Virus record (IMG/VR): IMGVR_UViG_3300016669_000015
Coordinates: 1-43,817 of that record
Source: a virus
Taxonomy: Duplodnaviria; Caudoviricetes
Reading direction: 5' to 3' (one strand)
DNA length: 43,817 bases
Notes under the pieces: model-generated
The model's database searches: none
What the model was told of the DNA's origin: nothing
The model's input: the letters and a program-made list of their open reading frames with translations, nothing else
Program-made: the position numbers and the translations under genes
Shown here: positions 17,601 through 27,220 of the stretch, piece after piece
Position numbering within the stretch: the stretch's first letter is position 1
Layout of the letters: every line of letters begins with the position of its first letter

Positions 17601-18740
17601 CTACTTCGAAAATCTGGGCCGTAGTGTTCTGTAGCCATCATGCACTTTATCAACTAGATACTTGGTCCAGCCCTGAAGCCACGGCTCTGCACGCGTAGCT
17701 ATCGCCCATGAGAACACAAAGATTATGGTGGTTGTAGTTGCCAGCGCAAGCCATCTGTTAATACCATTCGCGGCCATCCAGCCCATCATTGTGGCACCCA
17801 CAATTTGATGGAGCAGATACAAAGGGTAGGTCATCATGCCTGCGATTTGAATTGCTTTAACCATGCCAACTGGGAGGGCATGCAAACTTGCGTTCGCACG
17901 CACGGAAACGACGATCAGCGCTATGGATGCAAGCCAGATAACGCAAGGGATCGCGGCAGAATGATCAGATGCCACAGCTATCTGAGCGCAACCCGTGATG
18001 CAAAACAAAATAATCCAAAAAATGTTTTCCATATCATGCTTTTTTATTAGCTCTGACCAAAGGAACACTCCCAATGCGAAAAACATGCCATGTTCCATCA
18101 ACAGCAACTGTGGCACCCTCCCCTCTAGTGCCCAAGCCAATTTCGGTGCGAACACACGGATTTCCTCGATTGCATAAGTAGCACGAAAGATTGCATACAT
18201 TGAGCTGAATATTCCAACCACAGCCGCTAGCAATTTAATGCGTTCAAACCGAAGGAATTTAATGACAAGAAAAACCGCTGCATAAAACGAAATTTCAATC
18301 CCAAGCGTCCAGTACGAACCATCAATCCATGGCGCCCAAGGCAAGAACGCCATGCTGTGCCTAAACGCGCGATACATGTCCTCATGTTGTCGGAAACCAA
18401 CAAGAATCGTAGCCAACAACGTAATGGGTGCGCATATCCATACAGCCGGCCCAAGCCGAACAATCCGACTCCGAACGAATGAGAATGCACTGGCTTTCTC
18501 GCCAGAAAATGCAATGACAAATCCTGAAATGACGAAGAAAATTTGAACTCCGACCCATCCGAATTCCGTGACTTCGTAAAGCTCAGGAAATTTCACAATG
18601 CCTCTACTCGCACTTCCAACCAATCCATGAGGGTTAGTGCCCATCAGAAAACAGTAATGGAAGGCGAGTACTAGGCATGCTGCAACGAATCGCAATACAT
18701 CAAGTCCAAGGATATGCTTTGCGTTGACTACAGGTCTCAA
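17601..18740 (-). CDS. Acyltransferase-3 (OafA/Oac-like) membrane O-acyltransferase, stand-alone
   Basis: GLDVLRFVAACLVLAFH, GVQIFFVISGFVI, RIVRL, YWTLGIEISFY, YPLYLLH; multiple TM segments; AGGAGA RBS; low GC. Confidence 0.93.
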   Translation of the reverse strand: MRPVVNAKHILGLDVLRFVAACLVLAFHYCFLMGTNPHGLVGSASRGIVKFPELYEVTEFGWVGVQIFFVISGFVIAFSGEKASAFSFVRSRIVRLGPAVWICAPITLLATILVGFRQHEDMYRAFRHSMAFLPWAPWIDGSYWTLGIEISFYAAVFLVIKFLRFERIKLLAAVVGIFSSMYAIFRATYAIEEIRVFAPKLAWALEGRVPQLLLMEHGMFFALGVFLWSELIKKHDMENIFWIILFCITGCAQIAVASDHSAAIPCVIWLASIALIVVSVRANASLHALPVGMVKAIQIAGMMTYPLYLLHQIVGATMMGWMAANGINRWLALATTTTIIFVFSWAIATRAEPWLQGWTKYLVDKVHDGYRTLRPRFSK

Positions 18741-18764
18741 TTTACGTTCTCCTAGAATATTACT

Positions 18765-18773
18765 ATTTTATCA
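18765..18773 (-). promoter_or_regulatory. Putative extended -10 promoter of the acyltransferase moron
   Basis: TGATAAAAT in the AT-rich gap upstream of the RBS. Confidence 0.5.
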
Positions 18774-18818
18774 TGGGATTTCCATTGAGAACTATCGCGA
18801 TATAGCTATTTCACTTGC

Positions 18819-20681
18819 TTACGCCGGAACCGGCAGTTCCCAAATAACCGAGTTCGGCTGCGCTTCAAAATCGGGCAGCAAGCGCAGTTTGTTGTCCAGC
18901 CGCAGCGCGGCTTGGTCTATGTACGCGCCGCTGTATGCGCCCGTCGGGTGCGTGATCGCGTACTTCTTCCACGTCGCACCAGAGTCGATGGTAGTGAAAA
19001 GGTACAGCTGGTTTGCAGTGCCCAGCGTGGCCGGTACGTTGTCGTCAGTCGTCGCAGCGGTGACGATGATCTTCCCGCCGTGATACGCAATGTGCGGCGT
19101 GCCTGCGTCCTGCACGCCGTTGTGCGCCATCAGACGCGTGCGCACCCATCTGTTGGTGGTCATGTTGTACTTGGCCACCCATAGGCTGCGGAAGGCTTCG
19201 TCAGGGTGCTGCCAGCTTGCGACCAGCAGGGGTTGCCCATCAGCGCCGATCGCGATGCGCGCCACGCTCGAATTGTGGTTGTAGTTGTTGTTCGGGAACG
19301 CAATTTCGCTGTCGTCCGTGCCGCTGACCAAAGGAAGATTCAGCGCCTTGCCGCGCATGGTTGTGAAGGTCGCCCCGCCGTCCGTCGACTTGATCAAGCT
19401 GATGTTCTGACGCGGGTAGCCAGACATTTCGAACGGCCCATTTCCTTGCAGGAACTCAGTCGTGACGTACAGCGTATCGACGCTCGCAAAGGCAATCTCC
19501 ATACCGTAAGAGCCAAGGTACGAGGCCACATTACCAGCGAGGAAGTCAGCGCCTTTGCGGTCGAACGTGGTGCCGTTCCACTTGTAGATTCCGGCCAGGT
19601 AGCCATTGCCCCGCGCGCCCATCCACATACTGCCGTCGAACTGGTTGCGGAAGAAGCGGCGGTAGGAGCAATTCACGTCCAGGCCGGTCGGCGCAGTTGT
19701 TGCAGCCAATACCGAAATGTCCTCGGTGGGTGATACCACACCCCTCCAGGAAGTGTGGTGCGCCTCGCCGTAAGCTACGACCTTGCCGTCATCGGTCACG
19801 CACACACTGCCGTCCCGGTGCCCGATGGTCGTATCGTGCGTGCCCGTGGTCAGCTGAACGTCCTGGATCATCTCGTACGTGTTCTTGTTCAGCTTGGCCA
19901 GGCGCGATTGCTGCACGCCGCCTACGGTCACAGGGGCGACAACGTAGACCGCGTTCGCCGTAGTCCAGATCGGCGTGTACAGCGACAGTAGCGAGATCAC
20001 CTTAGTGCCTGAGTAAGGCGTGTTGAAGCTCGTTGGCGACAGGTTGCCGGCAGGCGAGACGCTCGCTTCCACCAGCACAGGGGTCGGGACAAGCTCGAAT
20101 CCTCGGATGCGCATCGTGCCTCCCACGGTATCCTGCTGGCGGCCCATCTTGAAGTGCGAAAGACGTCCGGCATCTTCACGGGTGAACGAAAACGGCAGTT
20201 GCGACCGCTCGACAATCCCAGACGCTTGAGGCGGGACAAGGTTGATCACTTTGTTCGCATAGACAGGCTTTGAAGAATCAGTCCACGGCTCATAGGCTCC
20301 GTAGAACCGAACTGATGCAGGCGATGGCTGACCCGGCGTGCCGGCCATCGACCACAGCATGTAGACATCGTACTTCTGCCCCACTACCGCAGTATCTGCC
20401 GTGAAATGGATTTGCCCCTGAGCGTTCGGGAAGGCGTACGTGGCCGCCCCGTCGACGTCCGTGGCGGTATATGGCGAACCAGTGCTGACTGCCATCTTGG
20501 ATGGCGCGATCATGATCGTCGGGTTCACTGGTACCGGAACGGGATTAGCGCCGTCGAGTCCCTGCAGCGCGCCGCCCGTCTTCGCGAAGAGACCGGTCAC
20601 CACCGCATACACGCCGCCTTTCTTGATGAACGTACCGACCGGGCTGACGTACCCGCCGCCCTTCTTGACCTTGATGCCCAT
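18819..20681 (-). CDS. BNR/Asp-box beta-propeller protein (BNR_4-like), putative virion-associated glycan-active enzyme
   Basis: Asp-boxes STDGGATF and TIDSGATW; GHRDGSVCVTDDGKVVAYGEAHH resembles the BNR_4 N-terminal motif; N-terminal KKGG beta repeats and Pro linker; no signal peptide. Confidence 0.7.
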   Translation of the reverse strand: MGIKVKKGGGYVSPVGTFIKKGGVYAVVTGLFAKTGGALQGLDGANPVPVPVNPTIMIAPSKMAVSTGSPYTATDVDGAATYAFPNAQGQIHFTADTAVVGQKYDVYMLWSMAGTPGQPSPASVRFYGAYEPWTDSSKPVYANKVINLVPPQASGIVERSQLPFSFTREDAGRLSHFKMGRQQDTVGGTMRIRGFELVPTPVLVEASVSPAGNLSPTSFNTPYSGTKVISLLSLYTPIWTTANAVYVVAPVTVGGVQQSRLAKLNKNTYEMIQDVQLTTGTHDTTIGHRDGSVCVTDDGKVVAYGEAHHTSWRGVVSPTEDISVLAATTAPTGLDVNCSYRRFFRNQFDGSMWMGARGNGYLAGIYKWNGTTFDRKGADFLAGNVASYLGSYGMEIAFASVDTLYVTTEFLQGNGPFEMSGYPRQNISLIKSTDGGATFTTMRGKALNLPLVSGTDDSEIAFPNNNYNHNSSVARIAIGADGQPLLVASWQHPDEAFRSLWVAKYNMTTNRWVRTRLMAHNGVQDAGTPHIAYHGGKIIVTAATTDDNVPATLGTANQLYLFTTIDSGATWKKYAITHPTGAYSGAYIDQAALRLDNKLRLLPDFEAQPNSVIWELPVPA

Positions 20682-21118
20682 TACGACACCTGGATGTAGA
20701 TGGTGCCGTTCGGGCGGCCGTCAGAATTGCTCGGCGCGGCGGTGGACAAGACGAAGCCCGGAACCGCGCCAGCGATATCGGTCTCGAAGGCCGGCAGCTT
20801 GGCCGCGAACGACGCCGGCATCGAGTTGAAGACGCTCAGGGTTGCGCCGGCGAACGTGGCCGCCGTCGTGCCGCCCGCTGAGCTGGACAGGACTGACATG
20901 CGGGTGAGCACCGTCGCGCTGGTGACGGTGAACAGCGACGTTTCCTTATTGCCAGCGCCATCGTCGATCGTGAACGGCACGCCCGTGTCGCCAACCGCGA
21001 GGGCGCCATCAGCGATGGCCTGCGCCAGCGTGCGGAATCCTGCCACTGCCGCGCTCAGCGTGATCGTTGTGGCGCTCGTGCCGGTAGCGGTGAATTTCAA
21101 GCGGTCAGCAAATTTCAT
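20681..21118 (-). CDS. Putative fibre base/virion accessory protein
   Basis: FADRLKFTATGTSATTITL start and APSNSDGRPNGTIYIQ end resemble fibre motifs; TAATG-coupled to the BNR gene. Confidence 0.6.
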   Translation of the reverse strand: MKFADRLKFTATGTSATTITLSAAVAGFRTLAQAIADGALAVGDTGVPFTIDDGAGNKETSLFTVTSATVLTRMSVLSSSAGGTTAATFAGATLSVFNSMPASFAAKLPAFETDIAGAVPGFVLSTAAPSNSDGRPNGTIYIQVS

Positions 21119-21145
21119 GGGGCGCGGTCTTTCGTGGGGGATCGG

Positions 21146-21403
21146 TTACAGTTCGATGGTTTTCATTCGCCCGCGCCGCTCGTACATCACCTTGGTGACG
21201 CCGAGTTCGCGGAGCATGTTCAGTGCGCGCGCATGCGTCGCGCGGTCGATCTTGCCGACGGCGCCGTGCACATACACAGTGCTGCTTGTCAGGTGGGTGA
21301 CCGTGATGATTCCGTCATACGGCCGGCGCGCCTCGTAGCCGCCAGGCTCGGAGTACGCGCGGATCGTCGAGACCTCGGGAGTCATGTGCAGGTGGGTCAT
21401 CAC
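21146..21403 (-). CDS. Hypothetical protein
   Basis: 85-aa ORF with GAAAGG upstream and phage-like codon use. Confidence 0.65.
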   Translation of the reverse strand: MMTHLHMTPEVSTIRAYSEPGGYEARRPYDGIITVTHLTSSTVYVHGAVGKIDRATHARALNMLRELGVTKVMYERRGRMKTIEL

Positions 21404-21447
21404 GATCTACCTTTCAGCGGCCAGCGCGCGCGGCGCCGGCCTGGGTA

Positions 21448-21615
21448 TTACTTTTCGGTCGCCAGCGTTTCGGCGTAGGCCACGGCCTTTGGATCGGTGT
21501 CGACCACATCGGCCAGCGATTTCACATCGGCCGAGTCGATCTCGACCACGTCATTCGGTTGGTCGAGCGCGCACGCAGCAAGGACGCGCGCTTTTACTTT
21601 TTTGGCTTCTGCCAT
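21448..21615 (-). CDS. Small post-capsid protein, 55 aa (not in ORF track)
   Basis: GGAG RBS then MAEAKKVKARVLAACALDQPNDVVEID...PKAVAYAETLATEK. Confidence 0.75.
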   Translation of the reverse strand: MAEAKKVKARVLAACALDQPNDVVEIDSADVKSLADVVDTDPKAVAYAETLATEK

Positions 21616-21663
21616 GTTGTTCTCCAGGTTAGGAGGCCGGCCGCAGCCGGCCGCCGGTTACGA

Positions 21664-22911
21664 TCAGGTTGCGCTGTTCTGGAAGTGCTTGATGGCACCG
21701 CCCACGTCAACCATGTTGGCGCCCGAGCGGCAGAACGCCAGGAAGCCCACTTGACCCTTCTCGGTATATTTCGAGTCGGTCATGCGGAACAAGGTGACGT
21801 CCATCACATCGCGGATCAGGTACTTGGAGAAGTCGCCAAACAGGATCGATTTCGCACTTGCGCCCATCGGCGCCATGTGCTGGTTGATGACGATTTCACG
21901 GCCCATCAGGCGATCGGGTGCGCCGCCTGGGTTACCTTGCTCGTAGCCTGGAACAAAGATCGGGCGGCCCTGGCCATCCTTGATCTTGCGAATCGAGCGC
22001 AGGCTGTCGTCGTGCATCATCAAACGGCCCGCCGGACGGTAGAACGGATCGACCGAATGCTCGAGATCGACCAGGTCGTCATAGGTCACCGTGGTGGCCG
22101 AGCCGGTCGCGCCGATTTTGCCGGCGGTCGTGGCAGTCACGACGCCGCGTGGCTGGGCGGTGCCAGTGCCGACAGTGTGGTGGCGGTTCTGGATCCGGCC
22201 CAGGCGCAGGCGCAGCAGCTCGACGATGTAAGCTTCGATGTTGAACATCGAATCCTGGATCAGCTCGAACGGAAGCGCGATCGACTTCGACGAGTATTTG
22301 TACACGTCCAGCGATGCGGAGCCGAAACCGGTGTCCAGCGCGGTGACGCCAGCGTTTTGGCCGACGATTTCGCCTTCTTCCTGGGTGGAGTCAGCGGTGG
22401 GGAACAGCATCTGGGCGCCGGTCGACGTTTGAATGCCGGAGGCAACACTGCGGACAGCGAATGCCGCTTTCATCGCCTGGATCAGCGAGCGACTGAATTC
22501 GGTCGCCACCGTATAGCCACCCTCAACGCCAGTCGTGGTCGACATAGCGCCTTGGATATCGTGATTGACGCGTGCGCGCATAGCGTTGCGCTGCTCGGCC
22601 GACAGGTTCGACAGCCCACCTGCCAGCATCGCGCGCAGTGCGGTACCTTCGTCGGTCGCGCCGGCGCCTTGGCGCTGCGCCGCCTCGAGTGCAGCGCGGT
22701 GCTGCGCCTCGGGGTTGTCGCCCGCGAGCTGCGCGATACGCTGCTCGCGGCTGATTTCAGCATCGATATCGGTGATCTCGGCCAGAATATGGTCGAGCTT
22801 CTCCGCCTCGGCAGCTGGCATGCGCTGATCAGCCGGATACTTGTTGTTCAGATCGTGGGCTTTTTTGGCCACGGTATCGCGTTGCGCGCGCAGTTGTGCG
22901 AGCTTGGTCAT
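21664..22911 (-). CDS. Major capsid protein, HK97 family with delta domain
   Basis: N-terminal coiled coil; EGGYTV, ELIQDS, KIKDGQGRPIF, ILFGDFSKY; start at MTKLAQ. Confidence 0.96.
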   Translation of the reverse strand: MTKLAQLRAQRDTVAKKAHDLNNKYPADQRMPAAEAEKLDHILAEITDIDAEISREQRIAQLAGDNPEAQHRAALEAAQRQGAGATDEGTALRAMLAGGLSNLSAEQRNAMRARVNHDIQGAMSTTTGVEGGYTVATEFSRSLIQAMKAAFAVRSVASGIQTSTGAQMLFPTADSTQEEGEIVGQNAGVTALDTGFGSASLDVYKYSSKSIALPFELIQDSMFNIEAYIVELLRLRLGRIQNRHHTVGTGTAQPRGVVTATTAGKIGATGSATTVTYDDLVDLEHSVDPFYRPAGRLMMHDDSLRSIRKIKDGQGRPIFVPGYEQGNPGGAPDRLMGREIVINQHMAPMGASAKSILFGDFSKYLIRDVMDVTLFRMTDSKYTEKGQVGFLAFCRSGANMVDVGGAIKHFQNSAT

Positions 22912-22956
22912 GTAATACCTTTCAAGGGTTGGTCCGCTCTCGCGGCCGGTGGGCAT

Positions 22957-22980
22957 AAAAAAAGCCACCCGTAGGTGGCT
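22957..22980 (-). terminator. Terminator-like hairpin between protease and capsid genes
   Basis: AGCCACC-TACG-GGTGGCTTTTTTT. Confidence 0.7.
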
Positions 22981-23000
22981 GGTCTAGTGGCGCGAGAGCG

Positions 23001-23753
23001 TCAACTAACTTGGAGGCGGGCCATCGTGGCGATGCGCTGATGCTGGCGCGCGCGGTGTTCTTCGGTAGCGACTGGGTCGACCGGATCGGGATCAGACGGC
23101 GCAGGCTTCGGGGCGTGCGCATAGGCACTCATGTCCCACGACGATTCGACCTTCTTGCCTTCAGCGATGCGATCGACGAAGCCGGCGGCCACTGCCTCTT
23201 CGGCGGTGTACCAGGTTTCGGCGTCCATGGCAGCACGCAGGTCTTCGACCGACATACCGCTTTTCTTGGCGTACTGGCCAGCAAGCGAGGCGTCGATTTT
23301 CGAGAGTAGGCCCGCAGTCGATGTCATGTCGTTCGCGTTGCCCATCGCCCAGGTCCAGGCGTTGTGGATCATGTAGAAGCCGCCGTCGGCAATCTCGACC
23401 TCGTCGGCCGCAGTGGCGATCACGGTAGCGGCGCTGGCTGCGTAGCCATCGATGTGCGCGATGACCTTGGCACCGGTGTCACGGATGGCCTGGCAGATGG
23501 CCTGGGCTGCGAACACGTCGCCACCCGGGCTGTTGATGCGCAGGTGGATCGTGCCGCCCTTGATGTCGCGGATCTGCGGCACCAGCGCCTCGGCCGAGAC
23601 GCCACCCATCCAGTAGGCAGTCTCCTCGTCCGACACGATCGCGTCGTAGATGTAGATCTCGACCTCGTCGGCCTTGGACACGATCTTGGATTGCGGTACG
23701 CGCTCAGGACGCTTCTTGTTGCTCGCCAGGAGCTTGGTCAGGCTTTTCGACAC
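23001..23753 (-). CDS. ClpP-like head maturation protease
   Basis: INSPGGDVF, DGYAASAAT, MIHNAW, ETWYTAEEAV; GGAGG before GTG 23753. Confidence 0.95.
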   Translation of the reverse strand: MSKSLTKLLASNKKRPERVPQSKIVSKADEVEIYIYDAIVSDEETAYWMGGVSAEALVPQIRDIKGGTIHLRINSPGGDVFAAQAICQAIRDTGAKVIAHIDGYAASAATVIATAADEVEIADGGFYMIHNAWTWAMGNANDMTSTAGLLSKIDASLAGQYAKKSGMSVEDLRAAMDAETWYTAEEAVAAGFVDRIAEGKKVESSWDMSAYAHAPKPAPSDPDPVDPVATEEHRARQHQRIATMARLQVS

Positions 23754-25011
23754 TTGTGCCTCCATTCATTTTCAGTTTTGCGTTGGGCGGCATGTTTTCA
23801 AGCCGACGGACCTCGTCCGCATCCATGAACGGCATCTCGCCCGCGCGCCCGAGAGCAATGCGGTATGCGTCATACCGTGCCTTCAGGTCGCCGCGCTCGA
23901 GCGCCGCAGTGATGTATTCGACGAAGTACCGCTGGCGTACCGGCCACAGCTTGGTGTTCAGTTCCTGCTGGATCGGCGTCAGGTGCCGCTGCAGCGTGTA
24001 TCGGACGAAGCCCATACCCTGCTGCGCCACACCGGTACCCCAGTTCGACACCGCGCCGCCATGCCCGACCATCGTGGGCGGCACGCCGAAGATTCGGCAG
24101 ATTTCCTCGACGGTGAAAAGGCGCGTGGCCAGGATCTCGGCATCCTTCGAATTCACGCTCAACTGGGCCGGCGCCAGGCCGCCCGACAGGATCAGCGGGC
24201 CGCGCCCGCCGTTCTGCGCGCGCGCGATCAGCGACGCCTTGAGCTGCTCCAGCTGTGCCTTGTCCAGCTTCGACGCAGTCTGCAGTGCGTAATCAAAATT
24301 GCCGCCGCCAGCGAGGAAGCGGCCGGTGTACTCCTGGGCGGCCAGGGCGGTGCCGATCGCCTCGAGCGCTGCATACGTCAGCGGGCTCGGGCTGGTCAGC
24401 CCATCGAACCCCAGGCTGGGCAGGTGGATGATGTCGGCCCGGTCCAGTACATAGGCTGGTTTATTGTCGGGGGTGATCCGGTACCGCACCACGTCGCCAT
24501 CCTTGAATGGACAGACGGTGTGGCGCGGCAGCGGCCGCCAGCCCGAGACCTTGTTGCTGTAGAAATTCGGGCGGATCCATTCACCGAAGCCGTCGCCATG
24601 CGACAGCTTGGAAAGGATGATCGCCTCCCAGGCGGCCGCCGACGTCCAGCCATCACTGGCCAGCTCGTTCAGCATCCACCAGTAGTCGAGGTTCGCCGAG
24701 TCGCGATCGTTGCCCTTGCGCTCGTAGATGCCGATCGGCAGCGTCGCAATGGCGCCGGGGATCAGCGCCATGCAGGCGTAGGCGGCGGATACTCGCATAC
24801 CGGTTTCGGCCGTCACTGCCGATCCGGACGACGACCGGTGCGCGGCGCCCAGCAGGTTGGCCAGCTCGCCCATCGACATGCTGCCGCTGGAGTTCTCGCC
24901 CAACGCCACGATGCCAACGCGCTCTGCAGCGCCTTCGCGACCGGCCATCCAGGAGTCGAGCACGCGCGATGTGTGCGGCGTCTTCTTCAGGTTCAACAAT
25001 TGCCCGGTCAT
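23704..25011 (-). CDS. Portal protein, HK97 family
   Basis: SAAYAC, IIHL..GFDGL, EEICRIFGVPP, EVRRLENMPP. Confidence 0.96.
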   Translation of the reverse strand: MTGQLLNLKKTPHTSRVLDSWMAGREGAAERVGIVALGENSSGSMSMGELANLLGAAHRSSSGSAVTAETGMRVSAAYACMALIPGAIATLPIGIYERKGNDRDSANLDYWWMLNELASDGWTSAAAWEAIILSKLSHGDGFGEWIRPNFYSNKVSGWRPLPRHTVCPFKDGDVVRYRITPDNKPAYVLDRADIIHLPSLGFDGLTSPSPLTYAALEAIGTALAAQEYTGRFLAGGGNFDYALQTASKLDKAQLEQLKASLIARAQNGGRGPLILSGGLAPAQLSVNSKDAEILATRLFTVEEICRIFGVPPTMVGHGGAVSNWGTGVAQQGMGFVRYTLQRHLTPIQQELNTKLWPVRQRYFVEYITAALERGDLKARYDAYRIALGRAGEMPFMDADEVRRLENMPPNAKLKMNGGTSVEKPDQAPGEQQEAS

Positions 25012-26693
25012 TAAAAGTCCAATACGTGAATTTCCGGCGCCGCCGCCCCGGCGGGGTTCAGCGCCATCAGCGATACCGCGCAGAACGCGGCCATCAGCGG
25101 GTCAATCTTGGCCTTGCCGCTGGCCTGCTTGGTGATCAGGATGGCGTTGCCCTTGTCTTCGATGCGCGCGTTGCCGACGCACCAGGCCATCATCGGGCGG
25201 CCAGCGTGCAGCAGCTCGCGGCCGGCGACCTTCCGCTCGGTGTCCTTGATGGCGCCGTTCAGTTTGTAGCCTTGGGAGATCGCGACGATCTGCTTGAAGT
25301 CGATGCCCCGGTCTTCGGTGATGAGCTCGTCGACGATAGCGCCAATCCCGGAGACATCAACCGCGATGCCCTTTTCGTCCGGAAGTAGACCCGAGTCACG
25401 AACCTGACAGACCAAGTCGGCCACGGCCATGACGTCGGCGCCAGGGCGCGCGACGATGGTGAGGTCGCCCTGCCTCTGGAAGTCCAGCAGCCGCGGTGCA
25501 ATTTCCTTGCGGCGCTCGAGCGCAATCTCGTGCGCCCAAGCATGGCACCACAACAGCCACTTGCCAGTTTCACGCTCGCGACCGAGAACCGCCAAGCCCA
25601 GCAAGTCATCCAGTCCGCCACCGTCGATACCGACGACAGCGACCTCGGACCTCTCGAGCAGCGTTTCTAGCGTGATGGCCTGGTCTCCTGCGGCTTCCCA
25701 GAAATCGGCGCCGCCCCACCGGTCCGATCGGAGGTTCAGGCCAATCTCGATGTTCAGGTGTTTTGCCCGGACGTCGCGCACCGCGTGCTCGCCGGCTTCG
25801 GTCGCCTCCAGCAGCTTCTGCTCGATCACTTCCGCGTCCACCGAGATACCCCAGTTCGGGTTTGTGATGTAGGCGTTGTCGAGATCCTCGTACGCTTTGC
25901 TTTTCAGCATGTGGTCCGGGAACTCGTAGATGATCGGCAGAAACCTGGGGTCTTTGACCTTGCCGTCACGCACCTTCCGTGCATAGCTGAGCTTGTCCAG
26001 GAACACGCCCGCCGGGGGCTCCGCCGATTGCGTCGTGCAGTAGAAGACGAAGCCTTCAGGGCGAGACGTAATGCCGCCGGTCGCCTCGGTCAGCATCGCT
26101 GCCGCCTTGCTGTTTTTGCCGAACTCGTGCAGCTCGTCGATGAAGACGCCGATCGCTTTCTTGCCGGTTACGGTTGCCGAATCCGCAGCCACCACCTTGA
26201 GTGTCGCGCGAGTGAGGCGGCAGGTGACGGTCTTGATGTGCTGCTGCTCGTGGAACCGGTCGTTGAGCTCATCGTCAGCAAGGATCATCTCGCGGATCGG
26301 CTTGTAGGCGTTGTCGGCTGCTTCCTTCGTAGGCGCCAGGATGATGAACTCGCCAGCTTGGCGGGTGTTGAGGATCAGGGCGGTCAGCATCACGCCGGCC
26401 GCGATCATCGACTTGCCGTTCTTTTTGGAGACCATCAGGAAATAGTTCGTGATGAGTCGCCGTTTTCGCTTGCGGTCGTAGCAGCCGAAGAGCGCCTCGA
26501 CGAGATCGATCACCCACGGCTCGCATGCCTCGCCCATTGTCGGGCTGCCGTCGGCATCGACCATGCGCAGGGCTGAGAACACGCTCAGCGCATCCTCAGC
26601 CTCTTCGGGGAAAAGCGGCTTCACTGGCACCATCGACTTGCGCTCGACAATGCGGCCCTCCCAATCGGGTAGTGCGGTCGTCCAAGTTGTCAT
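25011..26693 (-). CDS. terL: Terminase large subunit
   Basis: Walker A SKKNGKS, Walker B FIDELH, nuclease GIDGGGLDDL and KIDPL. Confidence 0.96.
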   Translation of the reverse strand: MTTWTTALPDWEGRIVERKSMVPVKPLFPEEAEDALSVFSALRMVDADGSPTMGEACEPWVIDLVEALFGCYDRKRKRRLITNYFLMVSKKNGKSMIAAGVMLTALILNTRQAGEFIILAPTKEAADNAYKPIREMILADDELNDRFHEQQHIKTVTCRLTRATLKVVAADSATVTGKKAIGVFIDELHEFGKNSKAAAMLTEATGGITSRPEGFVFYCTTQSAEPPAGVFLDKLSYARKVRDGKVKDPRFLPIIYEFPDHMLKSKAYEDLDNAYITNPNWGISVDAEVIEQKLLEATEAGEHAVRDVRAKHLNIEIGLNLRSDRWGGADFWEAAGDQAITLETLLERSEVAVVGIDGGGLDDLLGLAVLGRERETGKWLLWCHAWAHEIALERRKEIAPRLLDFQRQGDLTIVARPGADVMAVADLVCQVRDSGLLPDEKGIAVDVSGIGAIVDELITEDRGIDFKQIVAISQGYKLNGAIKDTERKVAGRELLHAGRPMMAWCVGNARIEDKGNAILITKQASGKAKIDPLMAAFCAVSLMALNPAGAAAPEIHVLDF

Positions 26694-27124
26694 GACACGA
26701 CCCTCAAGCCAAAGCGTCCGGTGCCGGCCGCCTTCGCAGCCGCATCTTTCTCGTCTTTCTTGCCGCCCTCGCCGAGCTTCTTATGCTTGAACGGCAGCAT
26801 CGCCTTGGCCGCGTCGATCCTCAGACGCAGATCGGCAGCCGGTTCATTCATCACCTTGGTGAGAAACTCGACCGGGTCCGCAGTTGGTGGGATGTCGATC
26901 GCTTCGTCGGCCGGGCCCGGGGCCGGCATCGCCCGTGCGCCGGCGGACGCTGGCACCTGGCGGCGCTGATCGAGGTAGGCTTTAACATCCGGGTCTTTAA
27001 CAATTCGTGACCCGGCCGCTGATGCTGTCTTCTCGCTGAAGCCGGCACTGATTGCCGCGTCCTTATTGGAGAGCCCGGCCAAAACGGCATCGGCGAAGGC
27101 TCGCTTTTTGCCTGTTAAAGCCAT
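26690..27124 (-). CDS. terS: Terminase small subunit
   Basis: LTGKKRAF...AAISAGFSEKTA HTH; RIDAAKAMLPF; AAGGAG RBS. Confidence 0.92.
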   Translation of the reverse strand: MALTGKKRAFADAVLAGLSNKDAAISAGFSEKTASAAGSRIVKDPDVKAYLDQRRQVPASAGARAMPAPGPADEAIDIPPTADPVEFLTKVMNEPAADLRLRIDAAKAMLPFKHKKLGEGGKKDEKDAAAKAAGTGRFGLRVVS

Positions 27125-27134
27125 TAACAAACTC

Positions 27135-27220
27135 CTTGAAGGGGACTTTTATCTCTACGTGAGGAACTAGTCGGTGTCTGAAAACGGGGCCGCGTAAGCT
27201 TTTTATAGCCCCCCCTACCC
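27135..27220 (-). other. Probable cos packaging region
   Basis: Non-coding gap before terS starting GGGTAGGGGGG...AAAAG; candidate 10-nt end CGACTAGTTC at 27164-27173. Confidence 0.6.
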
